A DNA stretch of 64,000 nt from Paragordius varius (Eukaryota; Animalia; Nematomorpha): positions 7,378,001 through 7,442,000 of the forward strand of contig OZ176050.1 of assembly GCA_964247055.1 (NCBI GenBank), given 5' to 3'. Below the pieces are notes generated by a model. The model worked only from the letters and a program-made list of their open reading frames with translations, searched no databases and was not told where the DNA came from. Below are positions 12,417-26,112 of this stretch, piece by piece; position 1 is the first letter of the stretch, and every line of letters begins with the position of its first letter. Both the position numbers and the translations under genes were made by a program.

Positions 12417-15400
12417 ATGGTTAAGATACTGATTATTATAATTCATTCCGTATCATGGCGGATTAATACCCAATGTATGTTTTTTTAAATCTCATTTATA
12501 TAATTTAGGTGAAATAAGTAAAACCGAAATCAGAGTGGTTTCCTAATTTTGGAATCGGAACCAGTACCGAATTTCGCTAATTTTAGGAACCGGGTTAGGG
12601 TTTTATGTGGTTCCGATTTGAAGCCCTACTTTTGCCAAATTTAATCTCTACAGGAGTAAATAGAAATGCTTTGATTGATGACGGGAGCTCATTATGCAAC
12701 ATTCAATATTACACATAACTATAATAATAATCTGTTTAAAACTCTTATTAATTGTTAACTAATGATTATACTAACATTAAATGATCAAAGTTGTACTTAA
12801 CATTTTTGCAGACTGGGCTTGACGCTTTTATTTAGCACAAAACTAAAGCAGTCTTTTATGAAATTAAAAGATATGGCTATATTTTTGATACTAAATCCAT
12901 GCATTATAAAATTTTATTTTAATAAAAAATACTGTTACGTTATCAAGTCATTGGTTATCTAAAACGATTGATTTTCATAGCTATAAAATTTTAATTAAAA
13001 TTAGACTAATATCTTTTATTTTATCATAATACATATGTTCATTTACTGATAAAATCCTCATTTATTAATTAAAAAATTATCCGTTTCCACTGCCTTAACC
13101 TAATATAATATATTTTCATATCTAGTGCTCCCAGCCCTTCCGTTAAACACAGATGCACTGTTAACAATTGCTCCCGTTTTACCAGTAAATAATTTGGTTT
13201 CAAGCTTGCCTGTAGTTGATAGCTTAGTACCAGCTGTAACCTCATTATTAGGTAATTAATATGGTACGTTACTATCATCTATTTATATTCAAACGTAACA
13301 TTTTTCATTTAGACACAACACCTTTGCATTCACTAAACATTATTTCCCTCATTGATCCTTTTTCGATTTCCTGGTTATTCAGACCATTTGCAAATTTTAT
13401 ATTTATTTTTATGATTTTGACAGAATGAAAAAATTATTATATAAGTTTCTTAATTTAAGTTCATAGCGAGTATTTATTTATAACACTTTTTCAACCGAAC
13501 GCAACATTTTCTCAAGCAAAGGTAGTTTCCATTTGTTAACTTGTAAAAGATGATATGATAATATAAGAAATGTGAAAATGAGTTATTTATTTGGTTTTTT
13601 TTAGGGTTTATATATAGTAATTTTAGTTGTTCATAATTTGCATTATATCAATAAAATTTCAAGTAACAAAGGATATAATATTTACATATTACACAAAAAA
13701 TATAGAAAATAATACAATTCAAATAACGGTGAAAGTTATGATATACAACCAAGGTATGTATTTCACATTTGCATGTAACACAGAAAATGATATAAAAACA
13801 AAGTATATCTTTCAGATTTGCATAACACCATTCAAACGTAAAAATGTTGCGTTTGGTTTAAAAAGTGTTGCCTTTGATTGATAAATGGTATGAAAACAAA
13901 AGATGTCGGTTTATTATTCCAAATTTTTAATAAAAAGATAATAAAACCACCCTTATGAAGGTCAAGCCCTTCCCAAATTTTTGAAACTCGAAACAGGATG
14001 CTTGACCAAGCAATCCGGAACCAATTCCTGCGTATTAAAATCTGGAGGTTTTGTTCCAGTCAGTCACTTTTCGGTTCAAGTTCCGCTGAAATGTGTTTAT
14101 ACGAAGAATCAAACAAAAAGAAAATTCATAAAACTTTTTTTTAATGTTTTACCCCTAAAACAAAACCAAGATAAAAATAATAAAAAATTTAACTTTGTGA
14201 TTTTGAGAAAGCGCTCTATGCATTATGATCCTTTGCAAAAGTTAACATTGATTGTTAAAGTAGCTTATTAGATTAAATTATCTTGTTATTGGTCTGCCAA
14301 AAGGACTCTTTATTAACTACTCACAAGAGTGTAAAGATTTTTTTGGTTCCAAAACGGTTTAACGACGTACTGATTCAATTTCCTGGAGTTTATCACTTTT
14401 CATCTTGAACAATTATAGTGGAATCAATTAAAAAAATGATTTGAAAAAAATTACTACATTTGTCTAATATTATATTAAGTTTATTATTTTATTTGACGAA
14501 AATTTAAAAACAAAAATTTATTTTACGGCTCTTTCAATTTTACATTTTTAGTATCACGGATTATCAGCACTTTATTGATATACTTTCTTTTCGTTCAACG
14601 GCATAATATATACCTTAAAAATTTATATCTAATTTATCAGGGCGGTTTAGAATCATCCAGATACATAAATTCAATCTAAAAATACGTTCAAAATAATGTT
14701 TTATAGTAAATTTAAGTTATATGTTTGCGCCGGCTGCATTATTGTTATTGCTAAATGGTGGAAAAATAGTCCTTATATTAACACTATATTTATAAACAAA
14801 TATTTATTAAAACTTATGTAAATAAAAGTATTCATCATATTTGTTTTTATACTATATTGTCTCTTTGCTAATAGAATATGCCCAAATATGAATTTATAAT
14901 AGATATTCAATTTTTCATAATTTTCTCATATATATATGTATATATATAATCATTTTTAACATTTGTTATCCAAGGTAATGTTCCCATCGTCCCGACTCTT
15001 TTGGGCCCTTCTCTCACAGCATCATCTGCGTCAAATCTAAACGGAAACACTCCATCCCTTCTATCAACCGTGCAATCCAACAATAATAATAATAATCAAT
15101 CACCAATAAATGGTGGGAATGCCATAACAACTCCTGTAATTCCTGTCAGTCGTAACGTTAGGCCAATAAAGATTATAGCTAATAGAAGAAAACGAAAGCC
15201 ACGACCCACCAAATCTATGAGGCAACGAAGAACCCGGCCTGCTAAACAGAGAACTTCCCGTGCACCTCGTAAAAGGACGCCACAACTTCCGCTTAAAAGG
15301 ACACCTAAAAGCTCGATTCGAAAAACACCTCGTACCAAGGTTAAAACCAGAGGTATGACAAAGCCCAAAATGATCAACAAAAGACGGAAAATGCGAATTA

Positions 15401-15420
15401 CTCCAAGACCTCAAGCTTAA
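12417..15420 (+). CDS. Uncharacterised secreted Val/Pro-rich protein with Arg/Lys-rich tail, paralogue A (209 aa)
   Basis: join(12417-12474, 13126-13251, 14975-15420) = 630 nt, both introns GT-AG and phase 1. MVKILIIIIHSVSWRINTQ|LLPALPLNTDALLTIAPVLPVNNLVSSLPVVDSLVPAVTSLL|GNVPIVPTLLGP...PVSRNVRP...KQRTSRAPRKRT...RPQA*. Exon 3 corresponds to ORF 15001-15420. Confidence 0.75.
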
Positions 15421-15859
15421 CATAAAAATATATAATTCAAATATAATTTTGTAATTTGGTCTAAATCTAAATGTCATTTTCTTCCAAATTAATAAATGAA
15501 AGGCGTGCACAACTAGTATAAAATTGTCACTTAATCAGCGGATATAATTGTTGGTATTACATTAAATATCATAAATTAGCATAACAGAAGAGAAAATTTT
15601 ATTTGGTAATAGCATTAAAAGCGAAAAAAATATCTATATTCCGATAATATTTCGCTTTGCTGGATACCCTATCTGGAATAAGGGGATATAGCTATATCTA
15701 CTTATAATAATATACATTGACCAGTATATAGTATATGTTGGTTAGCCAAAATATACATTTAAAAATAACACAGTATTTTTTATCCCAATAAGTCAGGAAG
15801 ATTTGGTTTATTGGAAAAAAGGAGTAATCGATAATTTAAATAGGTAAAATGTTGGTTTA

Positions 15860-17250
15860 AATAAATGCGGAAAACGTGTGAGCCCATTTTCCAAAACAAG
15901 GAATATTTTCAATCATTTATTTATGCCCTGATTATTATCGAACCACTTTTTTAATTTAGCGCCCTCAGTTAAGCGACACTTTTTGCGAAAATAGAGACTT
16001 ATAACAAACACATTTCCCCAATATTCGTGTCTTTAAGCAATTTTCTAAAAAACGTGTTTACACAATCTATTTCAATTAAAAATTATTGTTTTTTTTAGAT
16101 ATGCCCAGTTACAGTTGGACTTTTTTGACTTAGCCCCATTATTTACCCACTCCCCCATAAAATGACATTTTTATTAAACGTATTGAGACAAAAATTTCAT
16201 TACCGGTTTTCTTACAGTTGCCAAGCCGGGGTGTACCCCCTAATGCCCATATAAATAATACGCTGCCTGCTAGTTTTCAGAAAACTTATGAGCCAATATG
16301 TATTCAATAAGATGAGATATTTCCCGTATAAAAAATTTATACCGAGCTTTTGTTAATTAGACACTGGATAAAACTCCACGCCCCAAAAATGTGCCATCAT
16401 ACAAATATATTTAGCCTTGAATCATTTTTTCAAAGGCATAAGGAATCAACTTGGATTATATCAAATCATATTTAAAACAAAAAATTTGGACGCTTTTTTA
16501 ATATGGCCGGGTACCTATTCTGTGAAATGCGAAATTATTTAATAATACTTTGGGGGTTTTAAAAAACCCATGAGACAGTGTTTAATAATGAATCAACAAT
16601 GGTTTTAGATCACATTTAAATATCTTAATGCATAAAATGGCTGCTGGGAAAGCTGGACCAACTTGAAGTGTTCAAGGACAAATTTGAAAAGCAGATGGTA
16701 TATAAAATAATGTTAGGCAAGCGTTTTTTTGGTTGGGAGCTGAGTAGATCCACACCTTTAAATTCCCCACCATGACATACTGAGGATTTTAGCTCAGGCA
16801 ACACTATCTAAAATTAGTACTAATATAAATACAATAAATAGTAATCAGGCGCTTTTAAAATAAGGCCGCTGGGTAGGGCATCACACTCTGTAAAAGGCGA
16901 CACCGTGTAAATATGACATGACTCCGAGTCGCGTTTTTGACAAAACTATGAGGCCTTATAAATTCAGATTTTTCTGCATACGCTCATAAAATTCAGTAAA
17001 GTGCTGTTTTTTTAACCTGTAGGTTAGGTTTTCACCCCTATGAAAGCCATTTAATAAAAAATCTGGCTTTGAAGCAATTTATTTTTGGTTTCCTGCCCAG
17101 ACAAAGTCATAAATTCTAGATGAGCGTATTTTTTATATGCTGCTTGGCAGGGCGCAACCCGCTTTATAATGACATATAAAAATAACGTAGCTAGGGTTTC
17201 AATAATGTTAGTGACATCAATATAGAAAAAATTTAATGACCGCTTTTCTC
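15860..17250 (+). repeat. Diverged composite repeat with internal ~160-bp units, related to 49200-50760
   Basis: Shares motifs with the 49-50 kb array: CGTGTCTTT.AG.CAATTTT, TTTTCAGAAAACTTAT, GGCTGCTGGG and CCCCAAAAATGTGCCA. Boundaries are approximate. Confidence 0.5.
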
Positions 17251-19127
17251 AAATTTAATCAATTTTAAATACGCCAATAAATATTATGGCTTGGAATTTT
17301 TAGGGAAGCCATAAAATATATATTTCCCTAGTGAAGACATGACCAAGAGTTTTTTAAATAAGTATATGGCTAGACCTTCCTACCTTATATAGTGTGCGCC
17401 TTTGTACATAAAGCCATGTTTATGACTAAATAATTTTTGTATTATCGATTATAATATTGTCGACTGAATCACAGATACGCGCAGGACACAGTTAGTATTT
17501 TAGATAATAGAATAAAATGTTAAACATTTGGTTTTTATAATTATTTATTAATTTTACGTGTTGTGTAAATATGCGTCCAAATCAATAATTATTAATATAA
17601 ACTTAGATATTTTATATTGAAACTCAATTATCGATGATAGCGACGAAATGAGTGCATTTTGAAAGAGCATCCTTTCTGAAAATAGTCCTATTTTTAAATA
17701 TGTGCTTTTGCATTCTCCCCAACATGTAGGAAAATTTTAATTATTTGCTATGTGCGGATATATTTTATTTGCTTAAAAGATAATTTATACAGAAGAGGAT
17801 TTAACATTAAGAAAATCAAAGTGTTTCACTATAATCGGCATAATCACAATTCAAATAATATTTTTTGTATTGGTTTATGTGTTCTGTGGAAAAACGTTAC
17901 ATAGATGCGATTTTTTTTGTATTACCACGAGAGTCATATGCTCCTACCTTAAACTTTCATATGTTCGAATTTGGAAGCTGCTGAAGAGGAGCGTAAGCTA
18001 ATATTAAACAGTGGCTCGATTACTGATTAGCCCAATGACAAATAAATACAACTTCAAAAACGCGATTATCAGCAACTTATGTTTTTTCAAAAACACTCTT
18101 TCACAATAAAAAAATGGTTAAGCTTTGGAGCATTAATGAATAAAAAAATCTTTATTGTCTATTCAGAAAATTGCGTCAAAGCCATCTAAAATAATTATAG
18201 TATCAACAAATAAACTTTGAATATAAATTAAAAAACTCGAAAACGCCTACAAGCTATTGAAAGACCCAACTTTACGCAAATAAAAATAAATATTATTTAA
18301 AAAATTATCACATTGTTAAGGATTTTATTATAGGTAAGAGGTCTAAAAGGTTAGTTAAAATTTAAGGAACTAAATCTGTCCTAACGCAATATAAGAAAAC
18401 TAATTTTTAAAGTATTTTAGATTTTTATACCCACGTTGCTCAGCATATAAATTAATAAGAACTAACTCATCGTATAAATTTATAATCATAGAAATTAATA
18501 TTTATTTTTATTGAATAAAAATGATAATAAATGGGATAATTAAATTAAACTTTTATGTTAACAAAAAATTTGTGATTAAGTTAAATTTTGCATATGTCCC
18601 AATCGAAATAATTAAATAAATAAAAATTTATGAATAAAATAACAGTGAATGGTGCATTCAATATGGTGAAATTCATTAGCCTTTTCTTGCCGGGCGCCCT
18701 AAAATATAAAAAATATGATAAAATTAAGAAATTTTTATTATTAAACTATTGTATTGATATTATTTAATCTTTTCTATACAAAAGAATGATAATTTATAAT
18801 TAATTTTGAAATTTGTGCTACATATGGAGACCATATAATTGCATCGTTAAACTATTCCAGATTTTATAAAATCATACATATATCTTCTTAAACGCATTAT
18901 ATTTAATGACAAAATTGCTCGATATATGATGCCCTAAATGAGTGGTCACCAGAACAAGGGCCGAAAAAATATTTTTTTTATCTCAGGGACAATAATTCTG
19001 ATAAAAATTAGATAGACATTTGCAAATATTTATATATATAGTTTAAATAGTACATTAAAAAATTTAATAAATAGCCATAAAAAAACACTTTTCGGGCCGC
19101 AGTCTAAATAAAACTGCCCTAGATTCT

Positions 19128-21057
19128 TTAAATATAATAATTTTCTCTATCTTTACCAACAAGCAAATAATATGAACAAAATATAAAACTTGTAAGTTTG
19201 ATAGGTGCGCGGGAAGTTCTTTTCCTTGGGGCTTGAGAAGTGCGACTCTTTGCTTTCTTGGGAGGCGGAGGGAATCTTCCACGGGATGGACGGGCTCTTG
19301 GAGAACCGCCGGCTCCTCCGGTTCCGCCTGCCGCATTACCAGCAGCTGGATTGATGACAGCTGGAGGGATGACCGGACCGGCTGTTGGGGCGACCGGATT
19401 CAAAACAGCTGGTGGCACAGTCACTGCACCTCCTCCTACGATGGGATTCACGACAGATGCAACCGTGTTTAAGAGGGAAGGGACGACCGGTAAGTTATTG
19501 ACGACACCACCCACATTACTCACCAGGCCGCCAACGATGGATGGAACCGTAACTAAACTTCCAACATCGGGCACTGCCGGGACAGCAGGTATTAAACCAG
19601 ACGTGTCTACTGGTAAAACATCTAAAGGTACGGCAGGAACACCCGGGACTTCTGGGACTAATGGGACTGCTGGGACGTCTGGGACTAATGGGACTGCTGG
19701 GACCAGTCCACCCACTATTAGGCCCCAATAGAATATTATATAAACAAAAATAAATAAAGTATTATGTATCTCTATTCTTTTTTTGCAACAAAACCTTAAA
19801 CTAAAACGAAATTCCTACTGAAAAATTTTTGAACTGCCAAAATCGATTCTTGCAATCTACTTTTTATATGACAAATAATGTATAGAAATTTTATTAGTAA
19901 ATTGTTAAAGATTTGTAAAATATTCTAACGATTTCCAAATTAAACTTACCAACATAATTTTTATTACCACTTCATCACCCTTTCACTTTTTTGTCAGCGA
20001 TCACACTTTGGGGTAGTTTTATTTCCCAGAGCTCCTCTTGTAAACTTGAAAGTTATTTTAGTGAAAATTTAATTATGAAACATTTTTCTATATTAAATAA
20101 AGGAGCTAATATTTTTAACAGTTTTGTGACTTCAGGAGTCTAAAATTGGAAGAGTTCCAAACCATGATTAAACTAAACAGCTGATTTATAACCAAATATC
20201 AAGTTTGCATGTAAAATGCTACCACAAAGCTTATGTCGTTTTTTTACATTTTGTAACAATATTATACATATATATGCCTCAAATTAAAAATTTTAAAAAT
20301 GGCGGCAAAAAAGTTTGAGATGAGGATTTTTTAACATTTATATTTTTTAAAAATTTTTATATAATGCACCTTAAAAGTTAAAAGCATATTTTTTAATTCA
20401 GCTTAATATTTTTAATATTAAATAAAATATTTAAATTACAAATCGCTCTGGGATATGAAACTACAAAGGGTCGTGGAGAGTTAACAATAAATATCAAATA
20501 TTTGCTGGTAATATATATTCTAAAGATTTTAAAGTTAGTTAACATATTCTAATCATAATAATTTTTACTGTTGTGTTAGGATTTTAAAAAAATAGCGGCA
20601 TTCATAAGAAATAACCTGAAGTTTTCGTATAATTTTATTAGTCAAATACCTCTTTTTATATCCAAATTTTATATTGCTCTGGGATATATACCCGAAAAGG
20701 TAATGAAGTGTCAATTTAATAAAAAAAAACAATACGTAAATTTATTATAACGATAAAATTTTATTTATAAGGTTGTTACTGCAATTTATACTTTAAAATT
20801 TTTTAACATTTAAACGGCGAGAGGATGATACCGATATTTATACAATTAATATTAAAATTATAAAAAAAAAATTAAGTAAATTTGATTCCAAAGTTCTTAG
20901 TATTACGTTTTCAAATGTTAGTTAAACTATATCTAAATAAAGTTATTAGAATTGGAAATATATATATATTATGGTATAATTGGAAATTCTTACATTGTCC
21001 ATAAGTACAGCGGAGAAGTGTAAAGGATAGGAAGATACAAGAATATAAAAGTTTCAT
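19128..21057 (-). CDS. Uncharacterised secreted Val/Pro/Gly-rich protein with Arg/Lys-rich tail, paralogue B (~216 aa)
   Basis: complement(join(20994-21057, 19128-19714)), phase-1 GT-AG intron of 1279 nt. MKLLYSCIFLSFTLLRCTYGQ|LGGLVPAVPLVPDVPAVPLVPEVPGVPAVP...GGTGGAGGSPRARPSRGRFPPPPKKAKSRTSQAPRKRTSRAP. The last ~25 codons may be intronic, so the true 3' end is uncertain. Confidence 0.8.
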
Positions 21058-22100
21058 CTTTTAGCTTTTAGAAAAGTAAAAAATGTTAATTAATTTTATA
21101 TGCAATATTAGAGCTTATTTATACCTTTTTTTGTTCAATAAGACGGCATGCATTAATATAAACATTTTTGACAATCACATATAATTGGCAACACCTAAAT
21201 AACCTGACATTTTGACATAAAATTTATTTTTAAATGTCACAATTCGATGTGTCCAAATATTTGGTTTAAATAGATGATTTTCGATATTTTTAAATCACAA
21301 AATTGATGACCTATTTATTTAGCGTTATATGTGTGTACTGTCAATTTTGTTTAATATGATAAATACAAAATTTTAGTTTGACAACCTTATCGTTGATCTC
21401 TTAAATTTATATATTGACCTTGAAAAAAAATATTTTTATGTGCTAATAAATATTTAAGTGTAAGTCACATTTCATGAATCAAAATCAAAGATATTTGAAC
21501 ATAAATTAAAATTAAATTTTTATAACGATAGCCATTGACAACATGATGGTTTTAAATAACTTATCAATAATCCATAATATTTAATTATTCTCCTAAATTA
21601 TATAGTATATAACTGTGATATATAAGATCACCTCGGTGGATGTCGACTTCTTGCAAAATGTAAATAAAACTTTTCCATAGGTTGCGATTTTTAGTTTTAA
21701 TCTGCCTGTGTTGCCATTTGGCCAACAATAATGTGAGTAGGCCAGCTTAAATGTGCGTGTATTAGGGATAAAAGAAGAAATATTATATATTAACTATTAA
21801 AAAATACACTGATTCTTAAAATTAGTTTAAAACCGGAATTGGAATTGCAGGTAACCTAACCCGTTATCTGACATTTCAGCAGGAACCGGTTGAGTTGGGT
21901 TGGAACCAAAATGATTTCGGTTCCACTTCATTAGAACACACTTATTCCATTTTTATCTTAGAAACTACGCCGGTACCGGTTTTTAAAAGGGAGTTTGAAT
22001 CCGGACCTCCAAAATAAGTAATTCTCATATAGCTTTATTTTTAAAAAATAAGAGTTATTGTTTATATTATTTAATATTGATTGTATCAAAACATTTTTTC

Positions 22101-22944
22101 CAGGGCTTGGAAACGGACCCGCCTGGAGCCGGAACCCGGTTCCTGCGATTTTAACAAAAACCGGTTCCATTGGGATGGAACCAACGCGGTTCCGGTTCCA
22201 ACCCTTCAGGAACCAACCCGGTTCCAGTTCCACCCCCTTAAAATTCCCATGTGATTTTTATTATAAAAATTTTATTTTAATTTTTAAAATTGGTTTTACC
22301 ACTACACATTACAACATACTTTAAACCTAGCGGCTAATATTAGCGATACTCTCTGAATTATGGACGATTCGGCTCCCTAAAATAACTAAGCAGAACTCAA
22401 GTTTATTTATAATACATATGTTCGTATATATAGGTCTCCGTTGAAAGGAATTTTTGACCCTTAATTTTCTATTTTCAGACCTGAGAAGCAATTTGACCAG
22501 CGAATTGCTTGGTGCAATAATTAAATATAGTTAAATAAATTTTTTTAGATGCCATACTTAATATAACTCTCATTTTATACCTTTGTAATACATTTTCCTA
22601 TTATATTTTATAATTTGTTTCAATTATTATGCTACACTATATTTCTTTCACAATACATTTGGCAATTCATGATAAATTTGATTTAATTTTGGTTGTGTTA
22701 TTATAATAATAATTTTGTAAATCATTTAATTAAAAGTCAGGAACCAAAAATGGAACCCGTTCCAAATGTAAAAAACCCCCGGAACCGTTAAATTTTTAGG
22801 AACCAAGGCGGTTCCGGTTCCAAAATTTCAGGAACCGCCCGGTTCTATTTTTTAATTTTTAAGAACCAACGCGGTTCCGGTTCCACTTGTTCAGAAACCG
22901 ACCCGGTCTCGGTTTTACATTTTTTGAACCGGTTCCAAGCCCTG
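22101..22944 (+). mobile_element. hAT-superfamily internally deleted element with transposase C-terminal remnant
   Basis: 12-bp TIR CAGGGCTTGGAA/TTCCAAGCCCTG and a perfect 8-bp TSD ATTTTTTC (22093-22100 and 22945-22952). Subterminal GGAACCGG arrays are present. The internal 22430-22535 segment translates, with a stop and a frameshift, to VSVERNF*...SDLRSNLTSELLGAII, like the hAT dimerisation domain. Related fragments lie at about 12520-12630, 13990-14090, 21830-22010 and 23950-24060. Confidence 0.85.
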
Positions 22945-23136
22945 ATTTTTTCTAGTTTTCCCATCAAAATAAAATGCCCATCATATTGCTGAAATAATAT
23001 TTTTAAAAAATTTGACCTTATGATAATTTCTTTTCTATCTGATGATATGGAATTACCATTCTGTTTGAATATCTTACCTTTAATACTTGAAAAAAATCAC
23101 AAACATATTATTTACGTAAATTTTTTCCTTCTATAC

Positions 23137-23449
23137 CGGGGGTGTCCAACACCAGTGGCTTCCCCAGCCGCATCTTAAACTCAAAACACAGCGAGCCGCA
23201 TTTGAAATAAAAATATCGGCATTCATATAGAATTCAATAGATTTCAAACATAAAACTGTAAAATGTAAACCTACATAGCAATTTTTTCTAGTTCTTGCCG
23301 GCCAATTGAATAAACCAAATTAAAAAAAATTGTTTAAAAAATGTTAATTTAACAAAGATTTTATGAGCATATAATTACTAATTAAGGATATCCAGATTTT
23401 TCGCCGGCTACACATAAAGTCTCGGAGGGCCGCATTTAGGGCATCCCTG
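23137..23449. mobile_element. Small hAT-like MITE
   Basis: Imperfect TIR CGGGGGTGTCCAA / TTAGGGCATCCCTG. Flanks TTCTATAC and ATCTATGC match 6/8, consistent with an aged 8-bp TSD. A related end lies near 62455. Confidence 0.55.
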
Positions 23450-25074
23450 ATCTATGCATTAAGAACATTCACCTTATTAACAAATCTGGCACAAAATCAA
23501 ATAGGGTCCGTAATTAAATATGCATAACAGCAAAAAGTAAGCCACACTATATAACAGTGGGGCTCAAACCGCGGCCCACGAACTGCATGAGGCCCTCAAG
23601 TTTTTTTCGGCCTTTGATTATGCAAAAATATTAATATCGTTACATTAGTGGTGCATATTACGGCTCACAACATAAATACAAAGTTTTTCTCGCTAAATTA
23701 TTTATATCTGAGGAGTAGTCAACGACCAAAATGCTTGGTGCACTCATTTATTAATATTAAATAAGAATCTCATCCATAGGTGCGATAGTTAATACAAATA
23801 CAATTAACATTTACCATTGTACTACTTTTACATTTAGCTATTTGATTTTTCTAATATTTATGTTTTGATTCACAATCATTGCTATTTTGCGCTATATTAT
23901 AATAAAAATGTTGTATGAAAATCATTTAACGAAAAAGAATAAAAATAGAACCGGTTTCAAACGTAAACGATTACGGAATCATCAACCACACTGATTTTTA
24001 AATTCTTAGGGACCAGGCCGTCGGTTTAGGTTCCACTTTTTTTAAACCGGCTTAACCTGCTCACAATTTTAAAAGAATGGGAATGAGTTAGAATAGATAG
24101 ATGAAAATAAATATTTAAGTGGAAGATTTATAATTTTGAATTGGAGGGTATGGAGTGATAATAAAGGTAGATAGATGATTGATGGAAACATTTTGACTGT
24201 TTCACTATAATTGTTATTCTAAAACAAGGTGCTCAACTATTTTGAATTCTTAAATACATATCATGCGTTATAAAACCACCTAAAGCTATAATTAATTTTA
24301 TTGAATATGTCTTGGTTCAAATAGCCAACCGTTTTTTGCTTCTAGTTATTGATTTTCCCACCAAAATTAAAAGTTCCGTTTTCACTTTATTCACTTTTTT
24401 ACTGCAAGGTTGTAATCCAATTTTATTAGTTTGCGAGCTGTCTGAATCATCATATAGTATCATTTGAATATCGCGAATCTATACAGCATTGTCCCACTTC
24501 CTATTTCTTCCATGTATATAATAAATAGCAACGGACTGATTACTCCCGACTGATACACAGCCTAATGTTTTCGAATAGAATCAAGCACCCCTTCCATTTT
24601 AACTTTGGTATGGCGAGATCCGTTTATCCTTTTCATTTTATAAAATTATTAACAGTGATTCCCAACCTTTTTTGTTCACGCCTGACCAAAATGGAAAAAA
24701 ACCTTGCCACCCCCCTCCCCTCCACCCAAAAAAATAAAAACGCAAAATTCATATAATAAAAAATTATCAGCAATTATCAAAATATTTCATATTAATCTTG
24801 ATAATATGAACCTCAGATCACCTTAACCTTCAATTTGGTACACCTTTTTCCATATTTTCACGCCCCTTTTGGTGAACCCTCCTTTTATTTGAGAATTTAT
24901 GGTGTATTATAAATTGTTATAATTTTTCGGGAATTAGCTTTCTAAAAATATTTAGTAAAAAAATGTGTGCTGATATTGCGTTTTACGAAATCACCACAAA
25001 AGTGCAAAATAACGCTTTTATCACTCATGAGTCCTGAAAACAAAAGCACCATGAGAATCCTTATATATATTTTA

Positions 25075-25290
25075 CAGTCAAAAGCAACCTTTGCCAAACG
25101 CAACTTTTTTTCAACCAAAAGCAACATTTTTTACCAATTGCAACATTTTTTCAAGAAAATGCAACATATATCATTAAAACGGAAATAAAATGTTACTTTT
25201 GCTTGAAAAAATATTGCGTTTGGTTAACTAAATGTTGATGTTTGGAAAAGTGTTGTTTTTGGTTGAAACAATGTTGCGTTTAACTGAAAA
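25075..25290. repeat. Degenerate ~21-bp tandem units (GCAACATTTTTT core) of a dispersed element
   Basis: Forward units followed by inverted units. The same arrangement occurs at about 36920-37150, with fragments at 13480-13880. Confidence 0.55.
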
Positions 25291-26112
25291 ATGGAATGAA
25301 TTATCCTATCAGAATACATTTATTTTATCAGACTATTTTTTATCCCTCGATTTTGTGGGCAGTGTATTTAAATAATTATTTTTTAATTAAGTGGTTATTT
25401 TAAATCAATTTTTAACCTAGATATCTTGATGTATAGTGATTTCTTACTAAATATTATTAAGGATATAAAAAAGTTGTATTAACTAGGAATATAACAAATT
25501 ATTTCAATGAATATATACCGTGGCAGATAAAACAATTATGAAATTCCGAATAAAAAATAAAAAAACTGAGTAACAAACAGTATTTGCATCAATTTATTTT
25601 ACTCCATTTTGTAACTGACAAATTGGGTTGGTATAATCTTCCTTTTCTTAAAACAGTTCCATCAATTAAGCGTATGCATAATAAATAAAATGGGGATTCC
25701 ATATTAAACATAGTTTGATTGGGATTGGCTCAAACTTTAAAACCGTAGAAAATTAATCCGTGGGAAAATTGACAAAAATTTAGAGTAAATTAATAAAATT
25801 TGTAATTGTATATAAATAAGGATTCAAATAATAGATTATTATAATTTTGATATTAAGTTTTTTGGGCAGTTATTTTATTAATAAATATGATTAAATCTAA
25901 AAAAATAATATGAGATGGGTATTGTGTAATGTCCAATGAAATATTTATTATGGTCATATTTATCAGACACGAATTGAATTAAAATATTTACCTTTTTTGA
26001 TTAAACATATAAGTTACAAAATTACTGATTGGTGTCATTTTTTAATTAAATTATTTACATAATACTCATAACCAATTTTATATGATATAGCTAATTTTTA
26101 ATATAACCAAAC

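Noticed and set aside
15096-15510. Minus-strand ORFs 15096-15380 and 15100-15510
   Set aside because: Antisense shadows of the GC-richer exon 3 of paralogue A, with no splice or homology support.
19064-19731. ORFs 19233-19472, 19240-19731, 19516-19728 and 19064-19336
   Set aside because: Alternative-frame or antisense shadows of paralogue B's repetitive exon. Only the last ~20 codons of 19064-19336 might be a real terminal exon.
19945-19990. Strong minus-strand donor (TTG|GTAAGT) as first exon of paralogue B
   Set aside because: The phase-1 frame contains stops. The exon at 20994-21057 gives a proper signal peptide matching the paralogues.
22479-22540. Apparent terminal exon after TTTTCAG
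   Set aside because: Lies inside the hAT element and is better explained as a decayed transposase C-terminus.
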